From Candidatus Thorarchaeota archaeon (GTDB lineage Archaea; Asgardarchaeota; Thorarchaeia; Thorarchaeales; Thorarchaeaceae), in NCBI GenBank assembly GCA_050124975.1, contig JASFEF010000004.1:1-55061 (forward strand): DNA of 55,061 nucleotides, in the 5' to 3' direction. A program made the position numbers and the translations under genes. Positions 1 through 9,392 of the stretch are shown here, piece after piece. Under the pieces are notes generated by a model. That model ran no database searches, was not told the DNA's origin, and saw only the letters and a list, made by a program, of their open reading frames with translations. Numbering within the stretch: the first letter of the stretch is position 1; each line of letters opens with the position of its first letter.

Positions 1-844
1 TCTTCTCCCAGTCACGGACACTCCAGACCACAGTCTGTGATTCTTCTTCATTCAAGGTGATTCCTCTTTCCACCTGAATCTTTGCTACATTTGGATGCAG
101 GCCATAGACAGACTCCACACCAACAAATGCAGGTTCGTGCCTCCAGAATGCGCCCTTAACAAGAATGGTTAGAAGAATCGGAGCTATGAAGAGGGTTCCA
201 AATTGGCCAATCAGAGAAACGATGATGAAACCACCATAGGCAAGACTCTGAGCAACCATTATTGCCAGGGGAACGAGGATTAGACTTGACGCATAAGTAA
301 AGATCAGAAACAGAATGACTGCACCGACTATGTCCGCAAACCATCTAGACCTTGGGACTCTCAAGAAATGAAATGCAAGAAGAGCCTCCCCACTCTCTGG
401 ACTCTTCATTATGAGATTGACCATCGGTTCCGACACAATGACTGCATTGAAGATCGGATTGAAAGTTGATGCAATGAAGACATCTTGACTCTGACGGACC
501 CAAACATGGGTGTTCGAGGACAAAACGACTCTCTGGTGGATTCGACCAATTAGGTCATGGAACTCTGTGTTTTGTGAAGGGTTGTTGAATCTGTTTTTCA
601 GGACGATTAGGTAGAGTATGTGTAGAAGAGCCCCTACCATTATTGAGAGTAGTAATGCAACCCACCAGTATATACCGATAATTGTGTATCCAAATCCAAG
701 GAAAAGGACAGCTGAAAAGGGGATGGCTCCGAACAGAACAAGAAGAACGACAAAACCTCTTGACACTGAGGGCACTCGAGTACCGAACCATTTTGCGTAT
801 CTGTCAGAGGTTTTCGTCAATCCACCCAGCCAACCTGCAGCCAT
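1..844 (-). CDS. Multi-pass membrane protein, degenerate M48/HtpX-like; 3' end runs off the window
   Basis: Manual translation gives an open frame from ATG 844 (alternative TTG 820) to the edge: MAAGWLGGLTKTSDRY...VWSVRDWEK. It has four hydrophobic segments and ESGEALLAFHFLR where M48 proteases have E..AVLAHELGH. Absent from the ORF track because no stop falls in the window. Confidence 0.75.
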   Translation of the reverse strand, partial: MAAGWLGGLTKTSDRYAKWFGTRVPSVSRGFVVLLVLFGAIPFSAVLFLGFGYTIIGIYWWVALLLSIMVGALLHILYLIVLKNRFNNPSQNTEFHDLIGRIHQRVVLSSNTHVWVRQSQDVFIASTFNPIFNAVIVSEPMVNLIMKSPESGEALLAFHFLRVPRSRWFADIVGAVILFLIFTYASSLILVPLAIMVAQSLAYGGFIIVSLIGQFGTLFIAPILLTILVKGAFWRHEPAFVGVESVYGLHPNVAKIQVERGITLNEEESQTVVWSVRDWEK

Positions 845-895
845 TCTGGCATAAGGCGTTATAACTTGTGCGTTTCAAGTGGCGATCTCAATCTG

Positions 896-939
896 AAAAA
901 GGGAGGAGGGAATCAGTGAGAATTACTGACACCCTTTTT
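896..939 (-). terminator. Candidate terminator hairpin downstream of the Fe-S subunit gene
   Basis: AAAAAGGG...TCAGT-N7-ACTGA...CCCTTTTT inverted repeats; T-run on the minus strand, ~40-80 bp after the stop at 977. Confidence 0.4.
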
Positions 940-976
940 GCTAATTTTCTTAGAACACTAAGACCGCTCAAGTTGG

Positions 977-1708
977 TCATAGATTCTTTAGTTTCCTTAT
1001 TGCACCTCCAGGTGCGACACCTTTCGGACAAGCTTTCACACAGTTCATTACGAGATCACAGAGTGGTGAACCTTCATTTTGCATCGCAACATCTGCATAT
1101 CTTTCTGTTTCAGGGCTGCGTGAGTCCTCATGGAACCTCCAAGCTTTGGCAAGGGCTGCAGGACCAACATACTCCTCCTTCTCAGCATTGACTGGACAAG
1201 AACCGTAGCAGAGAGCACAGAGAATGCAATTGACATACCTCTCGATCTTCTTACGTTCTTCAGGACTTTGCGACCGGGGTTTGTCGCCTTCCTTAGCATC
1301 ACTCCAAAGCTTCATCGACTCGAGAACATCGTAGAACTTTGTCATGTCAACCACGAGGTCCTTCAGAATAGTCATGTTTGGCAATGGTTCAATCAGTATC
1401 TCAACTTCAGGATTCCAACCAGCAGGTTTGTCGGAAATTGCTGGGAAAGGTTTCAGCTTCATGTCAGTAGTCTTCGCATCAGTAATCTGGGTTCGACACG
1501 CAAGTCGTGGCTCCTTGTTGATGAGCATGGAACAACTCCCACAGACTGCACCTCTGCACGAATACCTGAATGACAGAGAGGGGTCCATCACATCTTGGAT
1601 TTGAAACAAGGCATCAAGTACAGTCATTCCCTTCTTGGTATCTACTTTGTAAAGGTCATAGTGAGTTATTGTCCCGCCATCTCTGCTTCTAGCAATTCTG
1701 AACATCAT
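977..1708 (-). CDS. sdhB: Succinate dehydrogenase/fumarate reductase iron-sulfur subunit
   Basis: SCRGAVCGSC [2Fe-2S] motif, EPLPNM..LKDLVVD, and CILCALCYGSCP plus CDLVMNCVKACP cluster motifs. Confidence 0.93.
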   Translation of the reverse strand: MMFRIARSRDGGTITHYDLYKVDTKKGMTVLDALFQIQDVMDPSLSFRYSCRGAVCGSCSMLINKEPRLACRTQITDAKTTDMKLKPFPAISDKPAGWNPEVEILIEPLPNMTILKDLVVDMTKFYDVLESMKLWSDAKEGDKPRSQSPEERKKIERYVNCILCALCYGSCPVNAEKEEYVGPAALAKAWRFHEDSRSPETERYADVAMQNEGSPLCDLVMNCVKACPKGVAPGGAIRKLKNL

Positions 1709-3396
1709 CAGTAGGTCCTCTCCTTCACGTCAAACTTGCCCAAGTTCACATCGATGAGTTCGGTCTTGATGTAATCGTCAACCATAGTGAACAGTGAGTG
1801 TTTCAAGAAATTTTTATCATCCCTCTTAGGATAGTCCAGTCTCCAGTGGGCACCACGACTCTCTCTTCTCATGAGCGCACCCATGGTGATGACCTCGGCA
1901 AGAGCTAGCATATTCTCAAGCTCCAACGTCCGAATCAAAGCGAAGTTGAACTTTTCATCGCTCTGCCCCACACTCACATCCTTGAACCGCTCTTTGAGTT
2001 CCCGAATCATCTTGAGAGCAGCTTCTAGGGCATCAGACTTCCTATAGACACCAACAAGGACATCCATTGTCTGACCCATGGTTTCGCGAATGCTTGCAGG
2101 AGAGTCACCTCCTTCATGCAGGATTAAAGTCTGGAGGTTCTCACGCATCTTGAAAGCCTCCTCTCCCACGTGTGATTTGTCTGGCGGTTTTGCAGACGAG
2201 GTATACTCTCCAACCTTTTCTCCAACAACTCTGCCAAAAACCAAGGTCTCAAGAAGTGAATTCCCGCCTAGGCGGTTCGCTCCATGTACACTCATACAGG
2301 CGGTTTCACCCACTGCGTAGAGTCCTGCAACTAGAGTTTCCCCATGCTTGTCTGTGTGAATCCCTCCCATGGAATAATGCTGAGCAGGTTGGATTGGGAT
2401 TGGTTCTTCAATAGGGTCAACTCCTGCGAAATGAATGCAAATCTCTCGAATCCCTGGGAGCCTTTCCATGATTTTCTTCTTGCCTAGATGTCTGAGGTCA
2501 AGGTGAACATACTCATCCTCAAACCCTCGCCCCTCAAGAACCTCAGTACGAATTGCACGAGCAACAATATCTCGAGGAGCGAGTTCCATCTTCTCAGGAG
2601 CATATTTGTCCATGAACCTTTTGCCCTCTGCATTGACGAGATGACCACCCTCTCCCCTTGCTCCCTCTGTCATCAGAATGCTGGAACCGAAAAGACATGT
2701 AGGATGGAACTGGATGAATTCCATATCCTTCAAGGGAGCACCAGCCCTCAAAGCAAGAGCACAACCATCACCAGTGTTAATGAGAGCGTTGGTTGAATGA
2801 CCATAGACTCTACCAAACCCTCCAGTGGCAAGGACAACGGCTTTAGCTGTAAAGCCGTGGATTTCCCCAGTGGCAATGTCAAGAGCTGTCAAGCCACATA
2901 CCCGGTCGTCAGATTTCACTAATGATGTCACGAACCATTCAGTGTAGAACTTGATGCCTCTCTTTAGCGATTGTTCAAAGGTCGTATGCAACAAGTTGTG
3001 TCCAGTCCGGTCAGCAGCATAACAAGTTCTCGGGAATGCCGCACCACCGAAGGGTCTCTGTGCAATCTTTCCGTCTTCTGTCCGTGAGAAAGATGTGCCC
3101 CAACGTTCATTCTCAATAACTGCTCGTGGAGCCTCCTTTGCAAGGATTTCAACAACGTCTTGATCAGCGAGATAGTCAGAGCCTTTCACAGTGTCAAAGG
3201 CATGAGCCTCCCAAGAGTCATCCTCACCTAATGCGGCATTGACACCTCCCTGAGCAGCCACAGAGTGAGACCGCAGTGGATGGACTTTTGTAACAACAGC
3301 AACATCAAACTTTTCACAGAGTTCGATAGCGACTCGAAGTCCTGAGAGACCAGCACCCACGATGATGACATCATGTTCGAACGACGAAATCGTCAC
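1708..3396 (-). CDS. sdhA: Succinate dehydrogenase/fumarate reductase flavoprotein subunit
   Basis: GAGLSG FAD loop, RSHSVAAQGG (covalent-FAD His), QFHPT, EGARGEGG, HYSMGG, HGANRLGGNSL, RRESRGAH. Confidence 0.95.
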   Translation of the reverse strand: MTISSFEHDVIIVGAGLSGLRVAIELCEKFDVAVVTKVHPLRSHSVAAQGGVNAALGEDDSWEAHAFDTVKGSDYLADQDVVEILAKEAPRAVIENERWGTSFSRTEDGKIAQRPFGGAAFPRTCYAADRTGHNLLHTTFEQSLKRGIKFYTEWFVTSLVKSDDRVCGLTALDIATGEIHGFTAKAVVLATGGFGRVYGHSTNALINTGDGCALALRAGAPLKDMEFIQFHPTCLFGSSILMTEGARGEGGHLVNAEGKRFMDKYAPEKMELAPRDIVARAIRTEVLEGRGFEDEYVHLDLRHLGKKKIMERLPGIREICIHFAGVDPIEEPIPIQPAQHYSMGGIHTDKHGETLVAGLYAVGETACMSVHGANRLGGNSLLETLVFGRVVGEKVGEYTSSAKPPDKSHVGEEAFKMRENLQTLILHEGGDSPASIRETMGQTMDVLVGVYRKSDALEAALKMIRELKERFKDVSVGQSDEKFNFALIRTLELENMLALAEVITMGALMRRESRGAHWRLDYPKRDDKNFLKHSLFTMVDDYIKTELIDVNLGKFDVKERTY

Positions 3397-3426
3397 TCAC
3401 CTCTGTACTAGATAGAATGTCGCTCA

Positions 3427-3436
3427 GTTATAACGT
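3427..3436 (-). promoter_or_regulatory. TATA-box candidate (TTATAA) for sdhA
   Basis: GTTATAAC ~33 bp upstream of the GTG start; GAGGTGA SD-like sequence just before the start. Confidence 0.45.
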
Positions 3437-3453
3437 GTACGGCTTGATAGGCT

Positions 3454-4845
3454 TCAGACCATCTTTGATGGGTCAAGTATCTCATCAAGATCTCCATCAA
3501 TCTCAATTCCAGACTCGACGACAACTTCACGAATTGTCTTCCCAGTTTCATGTGCCCTTTTGGCTATCTCAGAAGCATTGTCATAGCCTATGACTGGGGA
3601 GAGTCTGGTCACTATCATTAGACTCTGGTCAAGCTGTTTCTGTATTCTCACTTCATCAGCTTTGAGACCCTGCAAACAGTTTTTCCTGAAGGAGTCAATG
3701 CCTCTTGATAGCAAGCGGATCGAATCGAGAAGGTTCACAATCATCACAGGTTTAGTGACATTGAGGTCCAATAAACTACCATGACCCTCAGAAGCCGCGA
3801 TGGTCGTATCGTTCCCTATCACTTGCAAGCACACTTGAATCAGAGATTCAGACTGCGTAGGATTAACCTTACCTGGCATGATTGATGAACCCTGTTCGTT
3901 GCTAGGAAGAATGAGTTCACCAAGACCTGCTCGTGGACCACTACCCATCCAGCGTATATCATTCGCCATTTTCATACATGCTAAGGCTATACTCCTGAGT
4001 GCAGCACTTGCTCTAACAATACTATTGTGTGAAGAGATTCCTTCAGCCTTCACAGGACTTTCTCTGAAATCATAACTCCCCATCATCTTGCTGAGTTCTT
4101 TCACAGCACGCTTAGCAAAATCCTTGGGTGTGTTGAGTCCAGTTCCAAGAGCTGTTCCACCAAGCGGGAGAATCAACAGACTTTCGACAACTGTGGGCAA
4201 GTCTTGCTTAAGCGAGGTTTCTATTTGAGACTTGTATACGGAGAACTCGGTTGATAGAGGAATGGGAACTGCATCTTGAAGATGTGTCCGACCAACCTTG
4301 ATAATACCATCGAACTCGTCTATCTTCTCTCCAAGGACAATTCGGAGGCGGTCTAGTGAAGGTATCAAGTGCGACCGCAACATTGAGAGTGCAGAGATGT
4401 GCATTGCTGTGGGGATGACATCGTTGCTGGATTGAGACATATTGACTGTGTTGTTAGGATGGACAGGGGATTTTGTTCCGCGTTGATGACCAAGAATCTC
4501 ATTCGCACGATTAGCCAGTACTTCGTTCATGTTCATATTTGTCTGAGTTCCAGAACCAGACTGAAACACATCGATTGGAAATTGATCCTGATATTTCCCA
4601 TCAACTACTTCATCAATTGCGATTTCAAGTGCATCGAAGATTTCCTGTGTGATTAGTTTCTCCGCCTTGTTTGCTAGTAAACAAGCCTTCTTCACCATGG
4701 CGAGTGAATGGATAAACTCATGTGAGAATGTCCTACCGCTTATCTGAAAGTTCATGAGTGCTCTCTGAGTGTTTATCCCCCAGTAAGCATCCGCAGGAAC
4801 ATCGAGTTCACCAATGGCATCCTTCTCTCTTCTGATCTTCTCCAA
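3454..4845 (-). CDS. fumC: Class II fumarate hydratase
   Basis: FQSGSGTQTNMN, HPNNTVNMSQSSND, GRTHLQDA, GSSIMPGKVNP signature. Start moved to TTG 4845, which follows a GGAGG SD. Confidence 0.92.
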   Translation of the reverse strand: MEKIRREKDAIGELDVPADAYWGINTQRALMNFQISGRTFSHEFIHSLAMVKKACLLANKAEKLITQEIFDALEIAIDEVVDGKYQDQFPIDVFQSGSGTQTNMNMNEVLANRANEILGHQRGTKSPVHPNNTVNMSQSSNDVIPTAMHISALSMLRSHLIPSLDRLRIVLGEKIDEFDGIIKVGRTHLQDAVPIPLSTEFSVYKSQIETSLKQDLPTVVESLLILPLGGTALGTGLNTPKDFAKRAVKELSKMMGSYDFRESPVKAEGISSHNSIVRASAALRSIALACMKMANDIRWMGSGPRAGLGELILPSNEQGSSIMPGKVNPTQSESLIQVCLQVIGNDTTIAASEGHGSLLDLNVTKPVMIVNLLDSIRLLSRGIDSFRKNCLQGLKADEVRIQKQLDQSLMIVTRLSPVIGYDNASEIAKRAHETGKTIREVVVESGIEIDGDLDEILDPSKMV

Positions 4846-4877
4846 TGCAAATATCCTCCGAGTGGTCTTTCCGACCA

Positions 4878-5750
4878 TCAACCAGTCATCAGATCATCAA
4901 TGATCTTTTGGACATCCTTAAGATTCGTAATGTGGTCCTTTAGAGGTACGTCTTGTGGCAAAGCTATGCCAGCCGCTAGATCTGGGGCATCCACCTTATA
5001 GAACACTCCAACTGGTATCTTGTCCTCAACGACAAGTGCTTTTTCTAGCGATTCCAATTTGTTGGAAGCATCATGTCCATTCTCTTGCAATGAGTAAGTG
5101 TTCTCATTGTAGAACTTCCAAGTCAACTGTCGGTTCCAAGTCTGACACGGCTGCAGAATGTCAACCACAGCAAAGCCCTTGTGTTTAATCGCCTCAACCA
5201 TGATTTTCACCAGAGCTTTCTGATCTCCAGAGAATCCTCGCGCCGCATATGTGGCGCCAGCAGTGATTGCTTGAGCAACTGGATTTGCGGGGGCCATTGG
5301 AGCTCCTGGTGGTGGAGGTGAAGTGTTTGAAACATAGCCTCTTGGAGCAGCAGGAGAGAACTGACCCTTTGTGAGACCCATGACTCCATTGTTGTGAATG
5401 AATACTGTAATGTTGACATTCCTACGAGCTGCATGAATCAAATGTCCAAGACCTTCGCCAAGAGTATCACCGTCACCGGCATGGACTATCACATCAAGGT
5501 CCTTGTTCGCCATGTGGATACCAGTAGCGACAGGAATGGGACGACCGTGTAGTGTGTGGAAACTATTGACACCTCCGATGTAATGGGGAATCTTTCCAGA
5601 GCAGCCAATTCCAGATGATATCACCAGATTATGGACTGGAGTGTCCAACTCGATGACTGCCTTTTTGAGTGCGGCCAAGATACCAAAGTTCCCGCAACCA
5701 GTACACCAAGTCACTTTCTGTGGTTCTTCAAGTTGTTCGGGTGTTGTCAT
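4878..5750 (-). CDS. korB: 2-oxoacid:ferredoxin oxidoreductase beta subunit
   Basis: WCTGCG, SGIGCS, HGRP, GDGD TPP motif, GLTKGQFSP, QPC. Confidence 0.92.
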   Translation of the reverse strand: MTTPEQLEEPQKVTWCTGCGNFGILAALKKAVIELDTPVHNLVISSGIGCSGKIPHYIGGVNSFHTLHGRPIPVATGIHMANKDLDVIVHAGDGDTLGEGLGHLIHAARRNVNITVFIHNNGVMGLTKGQFSPAAPRGYVSNTSPPPPGAPMAPANPVAQAITAGATYAARGFSGDQKALVKIMVEAIKHKGFAVVDILQPCQTWNRQLTWKFYNENTYSLQENGHDASNKLESLEKALVVEDKIPVGVFYKVDAPDLAAGIALPQDVPLKDHITNLKDVQKIIDDLMTG

Positions 5751-7465
5751 TTGATTCCAACCTCCTTGATCTCTTCAACAATCCATCTTGCTGTCATAGG
5801 TCTCCCATCATACTTGTTGATATGATGATGGACTGAGATTCCTGTAGCCATCTTGACAAGTTGAGCGAACTGAGATGTGACATTCTGCTCAACTGAAATG
5901 ATCTGTTTGGACTTTCCAAGGACCTTCCTCAGCTTGTCAGTTCGAAGAGGATAGATGTCACAGAAGTGTAGTTGATTGATTGATACTCCGGCATCCTTCA
6001 TAATCTGCATTGCTTCATTCGCTGCACCCCAGGTTGAACCCCATGTTAGAAGAGTCACTTCTTCTTCCTCATCGCCATAGAGGTCAGGGGGATTAAGCGA
6101 CTCCATTATTGCTGGGAGTTTGTTCATGAACTTGGCTACCATTTTATTGCGCATCTCAGCGTCCTCAGTGATGTGACCGTCCTCACGATGGACATTACCT
6201 GAAGAAACATTAGATTTTCCTTCATCGCCTGGAAATGCTCGAGGTGAAATTCCATCTTTCGTTAGTAGGTATCTTTTGTAGCCAGGGTCGGGTCCAGGTT
6301 TGGCGAGTTTTCCACGGTCCACTTTCACTCCGGAAACATCGATTCGTGAGACATTCATTGTAGAGTCAGCAAAGTACTGGTCTCCCAGAATCATGACCGG
6401 GATTTGGAACTTATCAGCCAGATTGAAGGCACGTGTAGCAATATCAAACGCTTCAAGGGGATTCTTAGGTGCAAGTATAATACGTGGGAATTCTCCCTGA
6501 CTTGCGAACGCCATGAAGAACAAATCTGATTGTTCGGTACGTGTTGGTAACCCAGTGCTAGGTCCTGGTCGCTGTGCATTGTAAATCACAACGGGAATTT
6601 CAGCCATTGCTGAAAGACCAACAGCCTCAGACATGAGGGCAAACCCACCACCCGAGGTCGTGACCATAGAGCGAGCACCAGCGTAAGACGCTCCAATCGC
6701 CATACAAATCGAAGCAATCTCATCCTCGGTTTGCAAAGCGCCAATGTTCAGGTCTCGAGAGTAGGATACGATATCCATGAAGAGTGACGTGGAGGGACTC
6801 ATGGGGTATGATGAGATCCACTTCAGATTTGCAGCTATAGCTCCGAGAGCTAGTGCTCGGTTCCCTGTGAGTAGCAGCTTGTCCATACAGGGTCCAGACT
6901 CCAGAGTGGCGAGATTGTATCGACAGGTCCCAGTAAACTTCTCCATGGTCAAGTCATAGAGGACTTTAGCAACAGCAACATTGCCTGCTACTATCTTGTC
7001 ACCTTTCCTTCCGAAGATTGCGTTCAAAGCCTCCTCAGCAAGCTTGAATGGGAATCTAATAACAGATAGAATTGCGCCTAGAGCAGCAGCGTTCATCATA
7101 CGGATGTTGCCGCCCACCTCTTTCGCAGTCTTCTCAAGTGGGGCAGGAAAATGACATACCTCGAGGTCATCAAACTCGATCGTTTCTTCAAAGATAATGA
7201 CTCCTTCCTCCACAAGCTTATCACGCTGTCCAACGACCGCATCACGAGATAGTGCAACAATCACATCGATGTAATCTACTGGTGCGTGGATTGGTTGGTC
7301 GCTCACTCGAACCTGAGTGAAGTTGTATCCACCTCTTATTCGAGATTCGAAATCTTTGATTGTAAATGTGTAGAAACCAGCTTGAACGAAGACCTCAGTC
7401 AGTAAGTCGCCAATCGTGTCAATACCTTGTCCGGCTTCTCCACCAATGTTGAATGTAATGTCCAT
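5747..7465 (-). CDS. korA: 2-oxoacid:ferredoxin oxidoreductase alpha (gamma-alpha fused) subunit
   Basis: GGEAGQG, ESRIRGG, YPMSP, EDEI, TSGGGF, QRPGPSTGLPT. Overlaps korB by 4 bp. Confidence 0.92.
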   Translation of the reverse strand: MDITFNIGGEAGQGIDTIGDLLTEVFVQAGFYTFTIKDFESRIRGGYNFTQVRVSDQPIHAPVDYIDVIVALSRDAVVGQRDKLVEEGVIIFEETIEFDDLEVCHFPAPLEKTAKEVGGNIRMMNAAALGAILSVIRFPFKLAEEALNAIFGRKGDKIVAGNVAVAKVLYDLTMEKFTGTCRYNLATLESGPCMDKLLLTGNRALALGAIAANLKWISSYPMSPSTSLFMDIVSYSRDLNIGALQTEDEIASICMAIGASYAGARSMVTTSGGGFALMSEAVGLSAMAEIPVVIYNAQRPGPSTGLPTRTEQSDLFFMAFASQGEFPRIILAPKNPLEAFDIATRAFNLADKFQIPVMILGDQYFADSTMNVSRIDVSGVKVDRGKLAKPGPDPGYKRYLLTKDGISPRAFPGDEGKSNVSSGNVHREDGHITEDAEMRNKMVAKFMNKLPAIMESLNPPDLYGDEEEEVTLLTWGSTWGAANEAMQIMKDAGVSINQLHFCDIYPLRTDKLRKVLGKSKQIISVEQNVTSQFAQLVKMATGISVHHHINKYDGRPMTARWIVEEIKEVGIK

Positions 7466-7533
7466 CTAACTAGACACTCCCGTATTAGTTCTCGGGAGTT
7501 CTTGGCATTCTTATGTTCTTTGCTAGTGGCGGA

Positions 7534-8094
7534 TTACTCCTCAAGCCAATCTTCGTGTTTGGTAGCTTTTTTCTCCTCTTCAAATGGGTCCCAGTCATCT
7601 TTTCGTTTGGACTGACGCCATTTCCACCAAGACAAATCAAGCCTCATTCCAGACCAAGGGGATATGACTTCAGGACCTTCAATTCTGTGCAGGATAATCA
7701 GTCCGATTATGAATTGCAAAGGAAGGGGATAGATGATTATGAAACTACCAAACATCCCTGAAATGTACAAGATGATTGCAGTAGGCAGTAAAACGCTCAA
7801 TAGACCCATCAGATAAACACTATCTCTGGAACTTTTAGCTTGATAGTATCTCACTAGACGATGAGCATAGAGAATGTTAAGCAGACACAAAGGAAGGTAG
7901 ACGAAAGGATTTACGAGTATCCAAAACAGTCCATACATCCCTGGTAGCATATAGAAGACTCCAAACACGCCCCTCTCAAACCCAGGAATGAAACCAAAAG
8001 GAGAAAATACAGTAACAATAATCATAATCAGCCTTATGATTCCTGGACTCACACCATAGAGCTCCATCTCCGTCGAATACTCGTCAGTACTCAT
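7534..8094 (-). CDS. Hypothetical membrane protein (one copy of a ~140 aa 4-TM unit)
   Basis: Hydrophobic 186 aa ORF, paralogous to 8239..9138 (MSTDEYSTEMELYGV vs MNTDEYSTEMELYGV). Confidence 0.8.
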   Translation of the reverse strand: MSTDEYSTEMELYGVSPGIIRLIMIIVTVFSPFGFIPGFERGVFGVFYMLPGMYGLFWILVNPFVYLPLCLLNILYAHRLVRYYQAKSSRDSVYLMGLLSVLLPTAIILYISGMFGSFIIIYPLPLQFIIGLIILHRIEGPEVISPWSGMRLDLSWWKWRQSKRKDDWDPFEEEKKATKHEDWLEE

Positions 8095-8238
8095 TACAGA
8101 CCCTCATCTAACCTAATCATTATTACGCTGATAAGCTCTGTGAAAGTCAGAGATCTGTACATCGAGAATCTATTCGTAGTGAAAGTGAGAACTAGTTGTT
8201 CTTTGTAAATAGAACTACCAGGTGACTTAGTTGTTGAG

Positions 8239-9138
8239 TTATTCTATTGAAGAGCTTACAAGTTCAGGACCAGGGATTTTGTAAAGAAGGATGAGACCAA
8301 TGATAAACTGGACTGGGATTGGCAAGATAATTCCTATCATGGATATAGAAACATATCCAACTGTAGACATGAAATCTAGTAGAGGGGGATAGATAAGACT
8401 CGCAATACCGATGAGCAATACTCGCCGCAACGATGTCTGTCTCTGGTAGTACTTCCATATCTGAAAAACAAAAATGATATTGAAGATGCTTAGAATAAAG
8501 GTAGGGACCATTACACTGGGTTGTAAGAAATGAAGACCACGGTTGAATTCAACCCCAGAACCAAGAAACCAAAGTAGTCCATATGCTCCAATAGCACCAA
8601 GATTCGACAGTGGGATTGAATGCCACCCAGGGGAAATGTAGCCAAGTGGAACAATCAATGTCACTAGTATCATAATTTGTGCCATCAATTTAGGATTTAC
8701 ACCGTATATTTCAGGATACATTCCAGACCAAGTTGGTATGACTTCTGGCTTCTCGATTTTCCAAAGAATGATAGTTCCAGTTATGAATTGAATTGGAAAA
8801 GGATAGATAACGTAGAAAGCTCCCATCAATCCCGAAATTGAGAGAATAACTACGGTAGGGAAAAAAACACTCAATAAACCAAGGAGGAATACTCTATCCT
8901 TCGTTGTCTTGTCTTGGTAGAATCTGACAATCCAGTATGGATAGAGAATATTCAGAAATAAGAAAGGAAGGGCTTGAAAAGGGAAAACAATTGCAAATAG
9001 AAGAGAGATTGGTAAAATACCTCCTTCAATGACAAATCCAAGTGGAAAAACTAACGATACAAAAAGCATGATGATCGCAATAAATTCAAGTTCCACTCCG
9101 TAGAGCTCCATCTCTGTTGAATACTCATCTGTATTCAT
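8239..9138 (-). CDS. Hypothetical membrane protein (two tandem copies of the same unit)
   Basis: Internal repeat: YGV..PLG..NI..YQ....RV.L.G..S...P..P.P.QFI.G.I.L.KI..PE occurs twice. Confidence 0.8.
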   Translation of the reverse strand: MNTDEYSTEMELYGVELEFIAIIMLFVSLVFPLGFVIEGGILPISLLFAIVFPFQALPFLFLNILYPYWIVRFYQDKTTKDRVFLLGLLSVFFPTVVILSISGLMGAFYVIYPFPIQFITGTIILWKIEKPEVIPTWSGMYPEIYGVNPKLMAQIMILVTLIVPLGYISPGWHSIPLSNLGAIGAYGLLWFLGSGVEFNRGLHFLQPSVMVPTFILSIFNIIFVFQIWKYYQRQTSLRRVLLIGIASLIYPPLLDFMSTVGYVSISMIGIILPIPVQFIIGLILLYKIPGPELVSSSIE

Positions 9139-9256
9139 TGCAGACCCTCACGAATAATCCAGATTAGGAAATTGATAAACTCTATGTCAGTCGAAGAGCG
9201 TATTCACTAATTGACTGAAATGATGTACACCTTATTTGTTGTGGCCTTTGACAAGC

Positions 9257-9333
9257 TTTAAAAACGAACTACATGCACAGTTTTCTCAGAAGTATATGCC
9301 GAAGTGCATGTACAGTTTTACAATATGAACAGT
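9257..9333 (+). promoter_or_regulatory. Thermosome promoter (TATA TTTAAAAA) with adjacent operator-like repeats
   Basis: TATA at 9257-9264. Inverted repeat TACATGCAC (9270-9278)/GTGCATGTA (9304-9312). Direct repeat CATGYACAGTTTT at 9272 and 9307. Confidence 0.55.
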
Positions 9334-9392
9334 ACGCTATTCCATCCTAGGAAAACGAATGGTGCTACTGAAAACCATAAGGGGAAAATAAA

